DNA of 64,000 nt from Phoronis australis (lineage: Eukaryota > Animalia > Phoronida). The notes under the pieces were generated by a model that worked only from the letters and a program-made list of their open reading frames with translations, was not told where the DNA came from and did no database searches. Every line of letters begins with the position of its first letter. Positions within the stretch are counted from its first letter, which is position 1. Location of the stretch: positions 146,926 through 210,925 of the forward strand of contig NMRA01000677.1 of NCBI GenBank assembly GCA_002633005.1. Reading direction: 5' to 3'. A program made the translations under genes and the position numbers. Of the stretch, positions 1 to 14,287 are shown one piece after another.

Positions 1-738
1 AGATTTGTAACAAAATCACAAAAACAATATCTTTTATGTTCTTTTGTAGCTCTCAGAGTATTAACTTCGAAAAATCTCTATCGAATCCCTTTCAGTAATC
101 TTAAAAATGAGTTTTTCAGCCGAAAATTTCTTTTTGTGCACCTTTAAAAGCAGTGAAATGGAAGGATTCGTAACTAAATGTATCTTAAATGTGCTCTTCC
201 AGGTCTTAGTATCAGAAACCCTGTCTGTAGGTTCTAAACGCTTAAATGGGTTATTGCCAAGTTGAACAATCAAGTCTGTGAAATAAGAGAAGGGAGATGT
301 TGAATTGGTTGACGGTGGGCGCTTATTAGGGGAATTGTTATATATTTATAGCATTCTACGCAGGGAAATGCCTGGGTCAACATTGCTACCTCCAAAAATT
401 TCATGTGGAAATTTTGATTTACAGCTCAAAACCAGAAAACTCAGCTCAAAATATACACCCTAATATCGCTTTTAGCAGTGTTGTTAAATTTTCGTTGGTT
501 TCTTAGTTGAAATTTTTGCTCTTTTAAGCAAACTGTACCAAGACGAAAATTACTCGAAAGCCAGATCGACCAAGCCCAATTTCAAGTCAAATTTCATTGA
601 CTAGTATGATTTTCAGGTCGAAATTGCAAAATGCATGTGTAAATTCTCCATCTAGCAATCGTGTCAATTCCTGTGTTCATTTGATCCACTATTCTCCTGG
701 GACACAATTTCATGTGGTGCAGTTCAGTGATAATAACT

Positions 739-968
739 GTTCACGTGTTCACCTAGGCTTTGTCTTCCACTGCAGGAAGTATCCCTCCACCAGATCCCTC
801 CATTGTTTTCGGTTCTTAGCTGTCCTTGGCCATGTTGCCCCATCTCTCTGCATGATGTTGTCTCGCCGTCGTCTCTTTGGTCTCCCCCTTGTTCTCTTGT
901 CTTTTCTGGGCTGCCATTCGGTTGTCCTCAGAGTCCACCTGTTATCCTTCATTTTTGCCACATGACCA
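739..968 (-). mobile_element. 5'-truncated RTE-clade LINE fragment with target-site duplication
   Basis: Minus strand encodes GHVAKMKDNRWT...WQPRKDKRTRGRPKRR...AKNRKQWRDLVEGYFLQW, like an RTE ORF2 C-terminus; short repeated 3' tail (GTGAACAC-GTGAAC); flanked by the 11-bp direct repeat TGATAATAACT at 728-738 and 969-979. Confidence 0.88.
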
Positions 969-3900
969 TGATAATAACTATAGCTGTAAAACTTTTCTTG
1001 TACTTTATTTTGAAAGTGAGCTGCTTATCACTTTCAGGTTTCCCTTTGAGTACGATTTATTAACTATTGAATTCAATATTATCTTTTATTTTTATCTTGT
1101 GCTGTGTAATAGTTTGATTTTAATATTTTGTGGGTAGATAACGACAACGTACCAAGTCGGAGAACAGTTCTTTTGCTATTCTGACGTATCTTTCATGATT
1201 ATTAATTACGTAAAAGCTAAATTTAATGCATTATATCCAGCTTGTGTTATGCGAACCCTTAATCTGTGTTGCTATTTATTGAAAGCCAGTTTCCCGCTGT
1301 CCAACGACTGGAATCATAAGTGTCCAGCTTATCGGAAAACGTGGGTTATTCTTAAATGTGTGTGTAAATTTAACTGGCTAAGCATGTGTGGTGTACTATT
1401 TATGTCTGTTCAATTGTCTTAGGTAACGTCAGAGCTTTGCAGAACTTTAGTATGCTTGGCAATTTACTGGAAAAGGATTTTCTTTTCCTAGAATGTGAAC
1501 TCAATAAACGTTTTTCATTGCAATATTTCATAAGTAAGCACGTCAAGCATGAAACATTGTTCATTTAATTACATCAGTTTGTCTGTAACTGCACTTGTTA
1601 AAATCAATTTTCATTGAAATTGATAACAAATATGCAAATTGAATGGTTGGAATGTTTTAACTAAGGGAAATTAGAGATGGTTGAAGTGTTTGTAAAATAT
1701 TTGATGGATTTCGTGTTTTGTGATAGCATGAGGTCACGTAAGCAGTGTTTGAACTTCAGCAAATAAATGTGTTGGCCAGCCGGTCCAGTTAGTCTGAAAA
1801 TTTACTGGCCCAGGTGCCAAGGTAACTATTAAAAGTTACTGGCCTGGCCGCAAATCCACTGGCCCCAGGACACCAGGCCAGCGCGTATTTCGAGCGCTGG
1901 GTGTAAGTTTAGATTATGGGACTGAAATTGACACAAGTTGCAACTTGACCCATATCGCATCAATATCCAGGTAATCTAAAGTGGTTGAGGCGAGCAATTT
2001 CGGTCACTCTAGGTGTAACTCGTTACTGATGTAAACGTCTGGGTGCTTAAATTGGGAAATTCAAAAATCCGTGGTGAGCATTTCGCTGAGCTAGGGCGTT
2101 CAAAAACAAAATTTTTGAGAAATCGGCATTGGCGTTTTACCCAACAATCAATTTTCTCACGTAAACACCTACACCTAGGTCGTTTTTGCACTCAGGTGTA
2201 ATATTAGATTGTGCGTGGGCAAAAAGTGGTTGTTTTTTCGCTTGAATGTGACAAGGAGCTGCTGACACTGACTGGTTGGTTACCTGCAGGCGAATGAGTT
2301 CCATACGATTTGGAAGATAAAAACTGCTTATGAGATTGGCATTTACAAAAACTCAACAAGCGCTTTTTAGGAAGTTTGTCGTGTAAACTGTGGCAGGCTG
2401 GGTACTTAGCTGAGCAAGTGGGCATTTAAAATTGAAAATTTTGGAATTTATAGGTGCATTGTTCCAGATGAGTGTGGTATTTCAATCTAAACATAGTTTT
2501 CTTTCGAGTTTTTCTATAAAACAAACAAAACAAGAATGCTGTTCAAACTTTTTGCCTAATGCCTCAGCAGTATTTGTTCCCTACGTTACTGTGGAATTCA
2601 TTTGCTGAATCTATTTCCACTAAATTCTACCATTAAGAAGACTGCCATGCCTTCACCATAAGAATTGCAGAGTCAATTATATCAACAAATTTAAGGGATA
2701 GTTGATTACGAAGGGGACGGCTACTATAGAATCGCCCTGCCATATTGATACATCAAAAAAGTTGTACGCACAACCTGTTTTAGTTGTCATCTAAAAGTGC
2801 TGGCTGTTTTAGTTTCTATGTTAATCCAAGCATTCCTCAGTCTAGTGCCTGGAGCGACAGCATTCAGTTTACAAGTTGTACTATTGTCTCATCTCAGTTT
2901 TGCATGGTTTATTGAATAGTTCATGTTAAACCATCTCACCGGGTCACCAGCACAGCAACACATGTGCACATATTGTAGTCACCCATTCACAGGACAGACT
3001 CCACCACTGAGAGGGTTGATACTAGGAGATTGGTATATATGGCCAGACTACGTACATGTGGAAGAGTGCTAAAGAGTGCTTTCTCCAACCTAATGTGTAA
3101 GGACAGGATTCGTTTTATGGATTGGTTAGAAATCCTATGAAAGGGTACGTTTGCATTTTTCCACTGAACTAACTCTCCGCCAGGTTCTCATATTTTATTT
3201 AGGTTTCTGAGGTTAAAAAGGTATTGCGCAAAGGGAGGATTTTTTAATTTTATTTCAATAAATTAAGCTTTTTGTCAGCTTTAAAACTCCTGAAGGATTA
3301 TGTTTGTCATTCAGAGTTACGGGACTTTTTCCATGAAGTGCGCAACAACAGCCCGTCTCCCCTCAGGTCGTCTCAAACTTCATATTTCCTCTACTCATAG
3401 CTCTCACCATTAGTTAGCACTACCTGGGGTACGTTTTTTTATCCGTTGGTGTTGTGTTAAGTGGGTATCCATTGTCTAATTCCCACATCTCTGATTCAAC
3501 TTTCAACTCTCGCCTTTTGTGTGCGTAGAAAATTGTTTTGAATAATTGACTGAATTTTCGAAAGGTAGAGCGGCTAACGCACTTGGTAAGTCGAGATGGG
3601 CGTGTGGGAATACTGATTTATCACGCCTTACTCAGCTTTTCAAAAATACTGATGTCTGCTTTCCAGCTAAATTTGCCACTGTAAAACTTTAATGGTATAT
3701 GAACAATGAATGCCAAACGATTACCAATGATGGACTGGACAGCTGCAGTGTACAGTGGATTGTTCCGCGAAGTCAGGCCACGCCCACCTCAGGCACCGTT
3801 GTGATGATCCCAGTAGTCAATGGCTACATAGCGGAAATCCTTTGCGAGCGTATTTGACAGCAACACATTATTTCTCTCTGATGCGGTTTTGGTCATATTT

Positions 3901-4945
3901 CACTGAAACTGTTAACATATATACTCGCATTATTAAAATGAGTCTTGGGAAAGTGAGCAAACTGTTGCACGCAGTGTTTTTTTCATAAATTATGCCTTTG
4001 TACCTAGTTTAAGAGACTCAGCCCTTTGACACGTCTGAAGCTTCATTTGCAGTTGTCAGATCGATTCAAACTGGTATTGTTTTGGATTATACATTTGTGC
4101 TTGATCACAAGACCTAGCAGCTTTGGCAAGTTATTTCATAACTCAAATAACAGGACATTATGACACTCGTCGGTATCAGCTTACTGTGAAATGTTATGCT
4201 AGGAGAATTTCATTCATTTTGCGCCTGTTTATCCAGACGTAAATATATACTTTTTGCTGATGTGAAGTCAACTACATGCTTTATTAACCATAATCATCGC
4301 TGTTTGTGATTTGTTTGTAATTATTTTTTATGTCTGAAAATGCATTTTTGGGATTGTTGGCTGGAATAGGCTACAGGAACTTATAAGCTTTGACCTAATC
4401 AGTAAATCGACAAAATCGGCTGTGTTTTTGTAATTTCATTACAAATCGCTATCGTCTGCTAAGCATTTGGTGAAATCAGTGGCAAAGCGTTAAGCTGCTT
4501 AATTGCGGAGACAGTGGGTTTGAGTCCATGCTGCGAATTTATCTAAAATTACTTTTCTAACCTAGAATGTCCCTGTAGCCCCTTTTTCAAAAATTGTCTA
4601 GTTTTAAAACTTAACTTTAAAATCGATGAAAATTTCAAATTGTACCTCAGGTCTGTCATGCCTGATTTTCCAAGTCTGTCAGATCGTCAACTCTTAAACT
4701 GTTGGAAGGTAAGACACCCAGTGATGAGTCAGTGCCTGATTTTGTTTGGAATTTATGATTTATTTGCTCTTAAACTGTTGGATGAGAAGATATCAACTGA
4801 TATCACAATCCACCAAAATGACTCTGCGTATCCTGGCTACTAATCTAGACGACAGGTTGTGCTCAATGAAACAGTTGCATACTGGTTTGGGTCATGTGAC
4901 TTTAAATATACTAACGTACCAATAAAGCTAACCCATAATTTTTTG

Positions 4946-5052
4946 AGGAGGTAGTGTGGCCTAGTGTGATGGATGCCCACTTTCCTTACTCGAGGTCGTG
5001 GGTGAGTCCCACTGGGTCACACTGCTAAACCCTTGAGTCACGTTTTTAGCTC
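4946..5052 (+). mobile_element. Decayed tRNA-derived SINE head
   Basis: A-box-like GTGGCCTAGTG, degenerate B-box GGTGAGTCCC, followed by a CCCTTGAG core-like motif. Confidence 0.45.
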
Positions 5053-7545
5053 CTCAATTTGGTTTTAACAGTACTATGGATTAACAAAGTCTAAAACTGG
5101 TTCCAGGTGATCAGTGCAATGGGCCCACATGCACGGGTGGCCTGCACACATCTGGTACAACATGTACCAGACTGCCTGCAATTATTTATTATATAACGCA
5201 TATTTTGACATTTTCCAGTTGCTTGTGCAAGCAGTAAGGTAGTTTTCATGTATGTTGCCAAGACTTGCTCTCAATTTATGTGCCACAGACTCATAGTCAT
5301 CCCAACTATAATCCATTACTGTTCCAATAAAAATGGTATTTAAATCTGATTACTCTCCGGGATCTAATCTCCGAGCTCAGACTAGCACTCAAAAATTGAC
5401 CAATCACTCCGCATGATTGGAGTTAAGATCAGTAAGTTTATTTGAAGCGTGCCATGCAATTGGTCAATTTTCGTGTCTGGTTTTGAGTACAGAGATTGGA
5501 CCCCGGCCCACACTGTGGTCACGTTATAGAAGCCTTTAGTTAACTGTTGGTAAAAATGAAACAATAATTTTAACTGTTTGATCAAGTTTTACTTTTTAAC
5601 GTGTATTTTAAGTAATAATTTATTTGTCAATATGGCTGATGAGGTGTACCATGCTCTCCATCAGGCGAGTTTGCCCTTCCAAAACAACCCTATTGGGTTC
5701 CTAAAGCCTTTCCTTGAATTGAATTAGGTTGAAGTGAAACGCCCCAACTTCCCCTGTTGTCCTTACACAGGTTCAGCAGATGAAAGTAACCCATGGTGAC
5801 AACCAACCTTCATGGTCCTTGTCTGAAGCAATAACAAACTCTCAGTTCTTCTCAATCTGGCAAACATTAAAATCTATTCTTAGTAAGGAATGATAGGAGA
5901 CCAATTTTGTTAAGGTAGGGTGCCTAACTCTGTTGTTGATTTTTTTGGCAGAAAGCCTGGGTTTATTGGCCCTGGGGACATTTCACTACTATTTGGTTGT
6001 CTGTATTGAATTCCAAAGTGAAGGCTTTGGTGTTAAACAACATTACCCTACTGATCTGATCCTAAGTAACTGTTGAATGAGACAAGGATGCTGAAGTCTG
6101 GCAATCTGCACTTCCCACGTCAAATGATGTGGTATGGATTTCGCAAGCTTTTGTTTAACTTAATTGCAAGATCCATGCACGGGCGCAAGTGCATCACATG
6201 GTTATCGCCTATAGAACACTACCAATGTTCTCCTTTGTTGCGTCTTTCTGGATATAACAATACAGGTCGCATGGATGTCGTACCGTGGGTGAACATCAGC
6301 CAGTTACCGATAAACGCTTACCATTATCTTTATTATAAAAAAGAAAAACGAATCGAACAATGGATGTGTGACCTAGTTTCCTGTGGGCATTTTCGAATTC
6401 GGAACCCTAAAAGCCTCGAAAAATGTTTTCTTGAGTCGCTGATGTATTCGATGTTCTTGTTGGTTTCAGAAATCAACGCTTTTCATTGTATTTTTCAATA
6501 TTATGAGACCAAGGAGACTTTTAGTGTTTCGTTTCTTTCAGATAATCTGTAAATAATTTAGTTTTGGAATAAGGTATACGTGGTTATTGTAAACACGAGA
6601 CGCAGCTAATCAAATGAGAACTGATATCACAAAGACAATATTTTGGTGAATGTTTGTAAAAACACAATTTCTTGGAATTGTTTACTGTATTTTCCGAGTA
6701 CTCAGCAGGCATTAATCCTATACCACCTGAAGATGTTTGTTTTTCTTCTCTTAGAATTATTATAAACAAAACCTTTATTGAGAATGAACAGGTGTTCCTG
6801 TGTATACATTCTATGTTTAGTGTGTACACAGCTAATTTCTAGGTTTATAAGTTAACTTTTACCTCCTTCTTTTCTTGTATATTAAAGCCTTGGGCATGTT
6901 GCTATTTTTGCATTGCCCTGGAAAACGTGTAGCGTCACTCTGCATTAATAATGATTCCACCTTTTATTGGTTAACAGAATTTTCAAAATAACAACAAAGA
7001 CGGAACCTTTGTGGAGACACAAATTTCACAAAGCTGCATTTTATTCGTGGTCACGTGAATTTCAAATGCTAACCTCCTGTGGTGAAGTCATGCGAAGCTC
7101 TCAGAAATCCACTACGCAAGTGTATAGGAGCACAGTTGCAATTAAAAAAGATTTAACACGACAAGGTTTGTTTTGATAAACTATCATAACTAATCATCCT
7201 CAAACTCTGAATATACTGGAATTAACGATTTCACTCTTCATCGGGGAGAATTTTGAAAAATACTTGGAAACTACGGTATCTTGGAGAGTTGGCATTTATA
7301 GGAATATGCTTGTATGCAGACGGGCTTTGTGGTTGTTGTCTTAAAAACTACCAAAGGTATTGATTGCATATGAGAAAACCAAGTTGTATCAGACACACCT
7401 GTCATTTTTCCTTGGATCGTTAGCCACAGAAGTGCCTATAGTATCTATCTGGCAAACACTGTGTTCAGATGTCGCACTATTTTGTAAGGATTTGAGCTTT
7501 TGCAATAAGGATTTAGTATGGTGGACTAAAATGTTCTTCAACTAA

Positions 7546-7966
7546 TACCGGGATTTTCCGTAGATAAGCCCATGGGCGTGTATTTGGAAAATGAAAAATT
7601 TCAGATGTTTTAGTAACACGAGGGTTTCTTCGGAAAGGAGGGTGTGTAGACGGAAAGTCATAGGTTTCCTGACTTAGACATTTTTACTTAAAAAGGAGTT
7701 TTTAAATTTTATGTTTATAAATGCATAGTTCGCCAGCACTTTGTTCGTTTGTATAAATGATGAATTCTCCACACAACTGAACTTGTGATTAAATGTTGAC
7801 GCTTTGAGTGGGAAATTTTCGAAATAAATGTCCCACTATCTGGACACTTGACACCAAAAGTTATAAAACCAATTAATCGCCCATGGGCGTTTATTTGGCA
7901 TAATTTTCCGAATAAACGCCCATGGGCGTTTTATCGGGTGATCTTAGCTACGGAAAATCTCCGGTA
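7546..7966. mobile_element. MITE with terminal inverted repeats (Tc1/mariner-pogo-like, TA ends)
   Basis: Left TACCGGGATTTTCCGTAG, right CTACGGAAAATCTCCGGTA; internal repeated palindrome GCCCATGGGC; a related end fragment lies near 37187-37235. Confidence 0.75.
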
Positions 7967-9210
7967 GTCTTTGCCAACTACAAGAATTCAAAACCTGATA
8001 CAAAAGTTGATTCAAACCTTGGAAAAGTTGCACCGGTACTAAAGTTTAGTGTATTTGAATAAATTGGACTAGCAAGCGTGTTTAAAGTGATTTCAATGAA
8101 TGCTAACACAGTGCGAGAGGTTTGGATAGGTGCATTTTCCCATCTATCCTAAATCCTTTGATCCAGTTACTCATGGTCTGACTTTCACTTTGGTTTATAA
8201 TATATTTTGTTGACAACTTCCTTCTGATGTGGCCAAGGAACAAGCTGGTGATTTGTCTTCAGCTAAATATGAAGATCAGGTAGGACCGTTTCATTTAAAG
8301 TGGTTTTTTAAAAAATAAGTTTTACGAGCATACTGATCACTGTGAAGTCACTCGGCTTCTAGTGTTCAGCTTCCTATTTTCAAAACGATATTTTAGTCGA
8401 GTCTTGTGGGAAAGACCGCAGTTATGACTGTGGTTTATCTTGTGAATGGAAAATATGTTCCAACCGCAAACTAACCAATGCAAGAGCAGCTTTAGACACA
8501 TTTATGGATTTTTCTCTCTTTGTGGCTACATGTAAATCCAACCACCACATTTCTACCCATATGTTTGGTTCTGTGGCCATGTTGCCCTTTGTGTGTGTCT
8601 GGTGTCTAGGAGCTTGGCTTAGAGATTAGTCCACTGAAGTGATCATAAATATGCAAAGTTTAATAAATGGAATGTGATTTTCATTGCATTGTAAGTTCTT
8701 TGAGCAGCACTGGACAGGCAAAAATGTCAGCTCGGAAAAATGTGTGACGGCATATTCTACACTTACATTTCCATATTCTGGCTTGTAAATTTGTGGCGAC
8801 CAAAAAAAAACTCTGAAACCCGCACAGCGCCTGTGCGAGTGATATGTCATTGAAGTCAAATTTCTACTCTTGTTTTACTGTTTTACTATTTCCACTTGTT
8901 GTTTTTCGAGTGTTTGCTTGCTTATGTTAGCCCTGATCAATACATTCGTTAAAAGTCTTGGGTTTATGCCTTGAGGGGTTACCTTGACTATGAATGTATA
9001 CGTTTATATTAAGCAGGGATAGGTCCTAGGTTATTTTGACTGGAACTCGCGTGTTTTGCCAAATATGCACAAAACCAATGATTGTAGTGTGGGTAACATA
9101 CAGTTGGGATTGTGAAAAATTTATTATTTTACTCGAGGTCGAAGCTTATACCAAATTTTAGAAATTGGCAATGTTGACTGTTCCGAATTCAAGAATTATG
9201 ATCAACACTT

Positions 9211-9469
9211 CATGCGTGCACCTAGCCTAAAAATGGGGGGCTCGAAGTTTTGAGAATGTGGACCTTTTACTAGGATTCACGGGGTTCGTTCAAAGCTGTG
9301 AATTGTGTATTTGCCAAATTTTGGTAGTTCCTGCCTTTTTAGGGGACTTTTTCTGGTTTTCTACTTATTTCGGAGTTTTTGTTTCTCTGAGGCGGATCTT
9401 TTTGCCCACTTTGCCAAAGTGGGAGGGGGGCTTGTTTAAGCCCCACGAGCCCCTCCGGGTGCACGCATG
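9211..9469 (+). mobile_element. MITE, copy 1 (TIR CATGCGTGCACC)
   Basis: Perfect 12-bp TIR; CACTT on both flanks; homologous along its length to the reverse complement of 51877-52130. Confidence 0.8.
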
Positions 9470-12400
9470 CACTTAGATGCTGCGCACTGTGGGGAAGCAC
9501 GAAAACGTGCAAGTCGCTGCAATTTTAGGAGCTGCCAACTTTATTTTCTTATTGTGTTTATACAAGTGCTAGATATTTGGGCAATGGGATCAACCCCAAA
9601 ATCCCACACGTTTCAAGTTCAAAGTCAAGAAACTTCAATGTTGGTTTTGAATTTCGGTGTTCTACATTTTGGAGACTGTCCCAAACTAGAGAAGTTTTAC
9701 AATGTATTTTGTCTCAAGAAAGTTTATTGGACAATGCGTGGCCACTGATTTGATCCTATGGATGTATCTGTTTCGTAAAATTTAGCTAAAAATTATGGAA
9801 AATCACTTTCAAGATGATAACTCAACAATGCTTGTTTTTTACTGAATTGTATTTTTATGCAACTTTTAGTTAATATGAATATTAAGTTTGTAGAAATGTT
9901 ACCTAAACAAAATTTTCAAGAAAAAATTAGAGAGCAGTGCTTATACAATAACTTGTGACAAGTTTGGCTGGTCTGGTAATTGCCTTTTCTGAGATATCAA
10001 CATGCTCCAAAAATTGCCTGTTTTTTTGTTCGCTTCAGATTATGAGTAAGTGAGTTACGATACGTGGACGGATTTACCATGGTAGTTTTTCAGTGTTAAT
10101 GATGGACATTTGTCTTTTTCATGCTATTGTGCAAGTCTGTTTTCGTTATGGTTTTTGATTTTGTCTCGTCGATGACGCACTTGCTTGCTTACGACCCTAA
10201 TTACAAATAGTGACGTTGAATCGGTTCCAACCAGTTCAAAAACAATTGTACGCAGACAGACACTGACATTGCGCTCTAGAGTATCGTAATTAGTTGTTTC
10301 CCATGATATTTACTTGTTGTCTGTTATGAAACACAGGAAGTGAACGTTTTCATCTGATGTTCGTGCTTAAGTAATTTAATGCATTCAAAAAGTTATAATA
10401 AAAGCTTTCAATCTTGATAATAGTCACGTACTGGGGTCACCGCATGTTGAGAACCAGGTTTCTCTGCGGAATAACACGCGTCAAACTGGTTCTCAAAATG
10501 CAGAGCTCCTGTAGATGATTAACTTGCCCCAGTCTCTTGGCTATTAATTATGGTCATCTACTGTACTCCATTTTTAATCAGCTCATGTAATTTTGTTGAT
10601 TTTGATGACTGTTCGCGACCACAATTCTGGTGCCGGACCAAGCAACCGGTTCAAAAGTAAGATTATACTGTAGTTAAAAATCTCCCCAATTTTAGATTGG
10701 ATGGCTGTTACTACAATAGGATGAGTAGCGACCTCTATAGACCTATATTTATTTACTTTTGTTGTGGCTTCACAAGTCATGAGGAAAATGGCGTTTACGT
10801 TTACGTTTACATAAGCGAGTAATCAAGGGGAAATCACTGACAATGTTTAAACCCACCTAGAGAGAATCATTCTAGTGAAATGATTAAACAAGCTTGGAAG
10901 TTTTTTTGTGCAAGACTGATTATGCCGAAACTTACGCTGGCAAAAATACTTAGTATGAAGGTCAATTGCCAGGACCAAATATTTACAGGCCATGGGAAAG
11001 TTTGGCAACTGCTTTTAAATAAATGCTACAACTCATTTCTCACAATGTATTGGTCTCTATCACAGAACCTAAAAGCGTATTAAAATTGATGCATGCGTTC
11101 ATAAGTTATTGTAATTTTCAAGTTGAGAGGTTTTTGATGAGGCGTCCATTACTGGACAGTCCCAGAAATGTTCCTGGTTCAAAAGTGACCCTTTGCAAGT
11201 GTTTTGATCTCAATGTCAGCTGTGAAATTTCGTGTACAGTGGAATTTCAAACTGTGTCGCAACGATGGCTGCTCGTAAAGATGATTACTAAGGATGGGAA
11301 ATATTCAACATTGTATTGATGTCATGGTTGTAATGGTATACGTGTGGATGATTCTGATTGGTGCCAAAATACATTATCGTAGGTAAAATTGGGCCTTGAA
11401 AGTTTGTCTGTTGCATTGCGGTTTATGTTACTAACACAGTTTGTTAAACTGAGTTTCGACTGCAACTTTTTAGGAATCTGTAGTTTACAGTGGTTTGTTT
11501 CGTGCGACACTAATTAGTGATTTTTTTCGAGAAATGTCCACTGAAATAACTTTTGAACTGTTACTGAACCGCAACAAAGCTTACTAAGGATATTAGAAAC
11601 CTTGTTCATAAAAATTGGCCGTTTTTTTGCAATTTTACGTATATGTTCTGGAAAAGATTTTATCTTCATTCTCCAGCAACTTCAAGTACAAAATACATAA
11701 CATGTAGTGAGAAAAAAGATTTTACAGTACCACCTTCAACTGCGTGAAAATTACTTTATCCAAGTTGAAAGGTTACAGAGCTGTTATTAAAATCCGATCT
11801 CCCGCCAGCCATATGTAGTTCTGTATGTACCCACAATTCTCAGTCCTTTCAAATTTGAGCCGTAGTAACATTGAGTCGATGAGATATACACAGCACAGAG
11901 AAGTTCTACGGAAAACGAAGACATAGCCTAGTTTTGGTCCTGCAAGGGTTGTGCATCTGTGTACACACGGCCGTTGAAAACGTACAACAAATGCACCGAG
12001 TCACTGTACGGCATCTGACACTTTTTGTTTTCATGAACCCTGGCACTAGTTGTGAAAAAAGACAAATCTTCACCCAAATTCATTCATTTCATCGGTAATG
12101 TGACATTTTGCTGTTTTGATCTCATGCTCACGGCTCCATTTCGTAGTTGGTTAAATACTTGATTATTCAGTCCGCGGTACTGAACTGCAGACGTTAACCC
12201 CTCCTCTGACCTAGTTTGTCTGGCGAGGCAGTGAAAACCGACTTAGGAAATTAAAGGTTTTAATTGTAATGATTAAGTCAATTACTCACTGCAAATTCAG
12301 TTAACATTACTCTGAGTGAGTATTGAAATAAGGAACAAGGTTCAGGCATCAGGTTATATTGACCGTAAACAAATTATCATCGAATAACTACTTGTGACGT

Positions 12401-14145
12401 TTTCGGCTTTTTCTCAGCTTTGGTAAATCGAATTAATTTGTACTTAAGGAACGGTTGGGTGGATATTACTGAAACTCACCAGTTTTAATATTTATCTCTC
12501 CATCTCAAAAGTACTGTTGAGATTTTCATTTTAAACACCTAGTTCATGCCTACGGTGAGGTAGAGGAATATGGCTGCTTTTTTCACAAAAACCCTACATT
12601 TTGTAAGTTAATTTGACATAGAAACCAAACTAGGTATTAATGGAAAATTCCTAATAATATTTTAGTTAAATTATGAAGCTTTCATTGAAATCGACCAAGG
12701 GGTTAGTTTGCTATGAACATTTCGTTGTTAAAAATAAAGTAAAACGTAACAATAGTTATAATGGCTTGTAAATATAAATTAATATATTTTTATAATTTGG
12801 TCTTCTTGCTTTTGAAAAACATACTTTTATTTGTTGACATAGCCTGGTTTTTTGATATATGAGTTAAAATGGAGGTCACTAAATTAGGTTTTTGATAACC
12901 TTGATGAACTAAAATGGAAAACAAAGAATAAAGGAAAGTTCAGTCTGATGACTAGCTTTCAACAAATACAAACACAGCAATATCAGCAAGCAATGTTAAG
13001 GTTATCAGGACTTTAGCCAATACTCAGCTCTTAAACAGAGCTGAAATTACACCAGAGAGCTTTTCACCACTTGGTGAACTGGATATAAACCAAAAGAATG
13101 GGATGGAATTCTTGTTCAGTGTGTTAGTAATAACAAAATCAAATTCCCTTGACACTTTACAAAATCGTCTTACTGTCTCACTGGTCATATTTCTCCTCTT
13201 TTTGCCTTCCTTTTATAACAACGAATCAAATCGTCTGCCATTTTGTGAGCTCAGTTTTTGACCTAATGAACTCATGTAGTGACCCGCCAGCCAGCCAATG
13301 AGCCCAGTGAATGCTTCAGTTCACGAGTTCAGTGGTAGGTTAAAAAATACCTGTGGCGGAGTGACAAGTGAATAGTAAAAAGTTGAAAGTTCGAGTGAAT
13401 GTATGGCTCTTGATTCTACATTTTCACTGTGCGGACTTCCAACCCTGTTTAAGGGTTGGTTTACTGACTACAGGATTCTGTGTTATGAGGATTTTTATAG
13501 CGGTTTGAGTTTTTTTGCTGGAGATAAACCTTGGAGATGAATTTTTGATACCGAGATTCAAAATGCCCTGAAATTAAAAAATATATCAAAAAACTTGTGC
13601 TGTCTTCTTAAGTTACGTGTCAAATTAAATATCAATGATGCACCTTAATTCATGTTTTCGTAATTCTTTCCTCTCTTGAAGCTGCCATGGGTGAAGATTT
13701 AATTAGTGATGTCACATTTCTATTGTGCAAATCCAAATGCAAGTACAGTGTATGCCAAAAGTACTCAGGCAAAATCATCGGGAGTTATATGTCATTGTAG
13801 CTGAATTCATGCTCAGAGTAAGGCTCCCTCGTAACTGAGAATGCAATGAAGTTAACTAGAAAATTAAAAAGGTAGCCTCAGCCTTACTGCTGATTAAAAT
13901 TTTGCCCCATCCATCCTTGTTTGCTGTTAACAGAATTCGCCGTGGTGATGGGAAAAGGTATTATGTCATTAGTATTGCAGAGAACGTCAGCCGCTGCAAG
14001 CTTCCAGCCCGTTTGTTGCGGTTTACGCGTTCAATCAGACACAGTCGGTTCGGTTTTAAGTTCTGGCGCCCTCTGCTGGTTGTCGTATGCTTTTTATACA
14101 ACTGTGTTCTCGCCATTTTCAGAAGTTGGAAATAGTCCAGAACAC

Positions 14146-14287
14146 ATGGTGCAAAGGTGTTGGGACAAAGTGGATGCTGCAGCAGACCCCATGCTGTGTG
14201 TGGAAGAAGAGAAGCCGCTGTTGCCGGGAGTAACCGTCAAGACAGCAACCTTCGATAAACTAGTGTACATACTTGTGGACAGTTTTG
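14146..14287 (+). CDS. RASGRP: RasGRP coding exon 1 (start of REM domain)
   Basis: MVQRCWDK...[19 protein letters not shown]; donor G|GTGAG at 14288, phase 1. The start codon is uncertain. Confidence 0.8.

Noticed and set aside
4652-4708. Exon-like segment (cag|...|gtaaga, MPDFPSLSDRQLLNCWK) as upstream RasGRP coding exon
   Set aside because: Its phase-0 end does not fit the phase-1 acceptor at 14123; it could still be a UTR exon, but nothing supports that
6073-6552. 159-aa ORF
   Set aside because: Starts at TTG, has no recognisable domain or exon boundaries, and has the composition of random AT-rich ORFs
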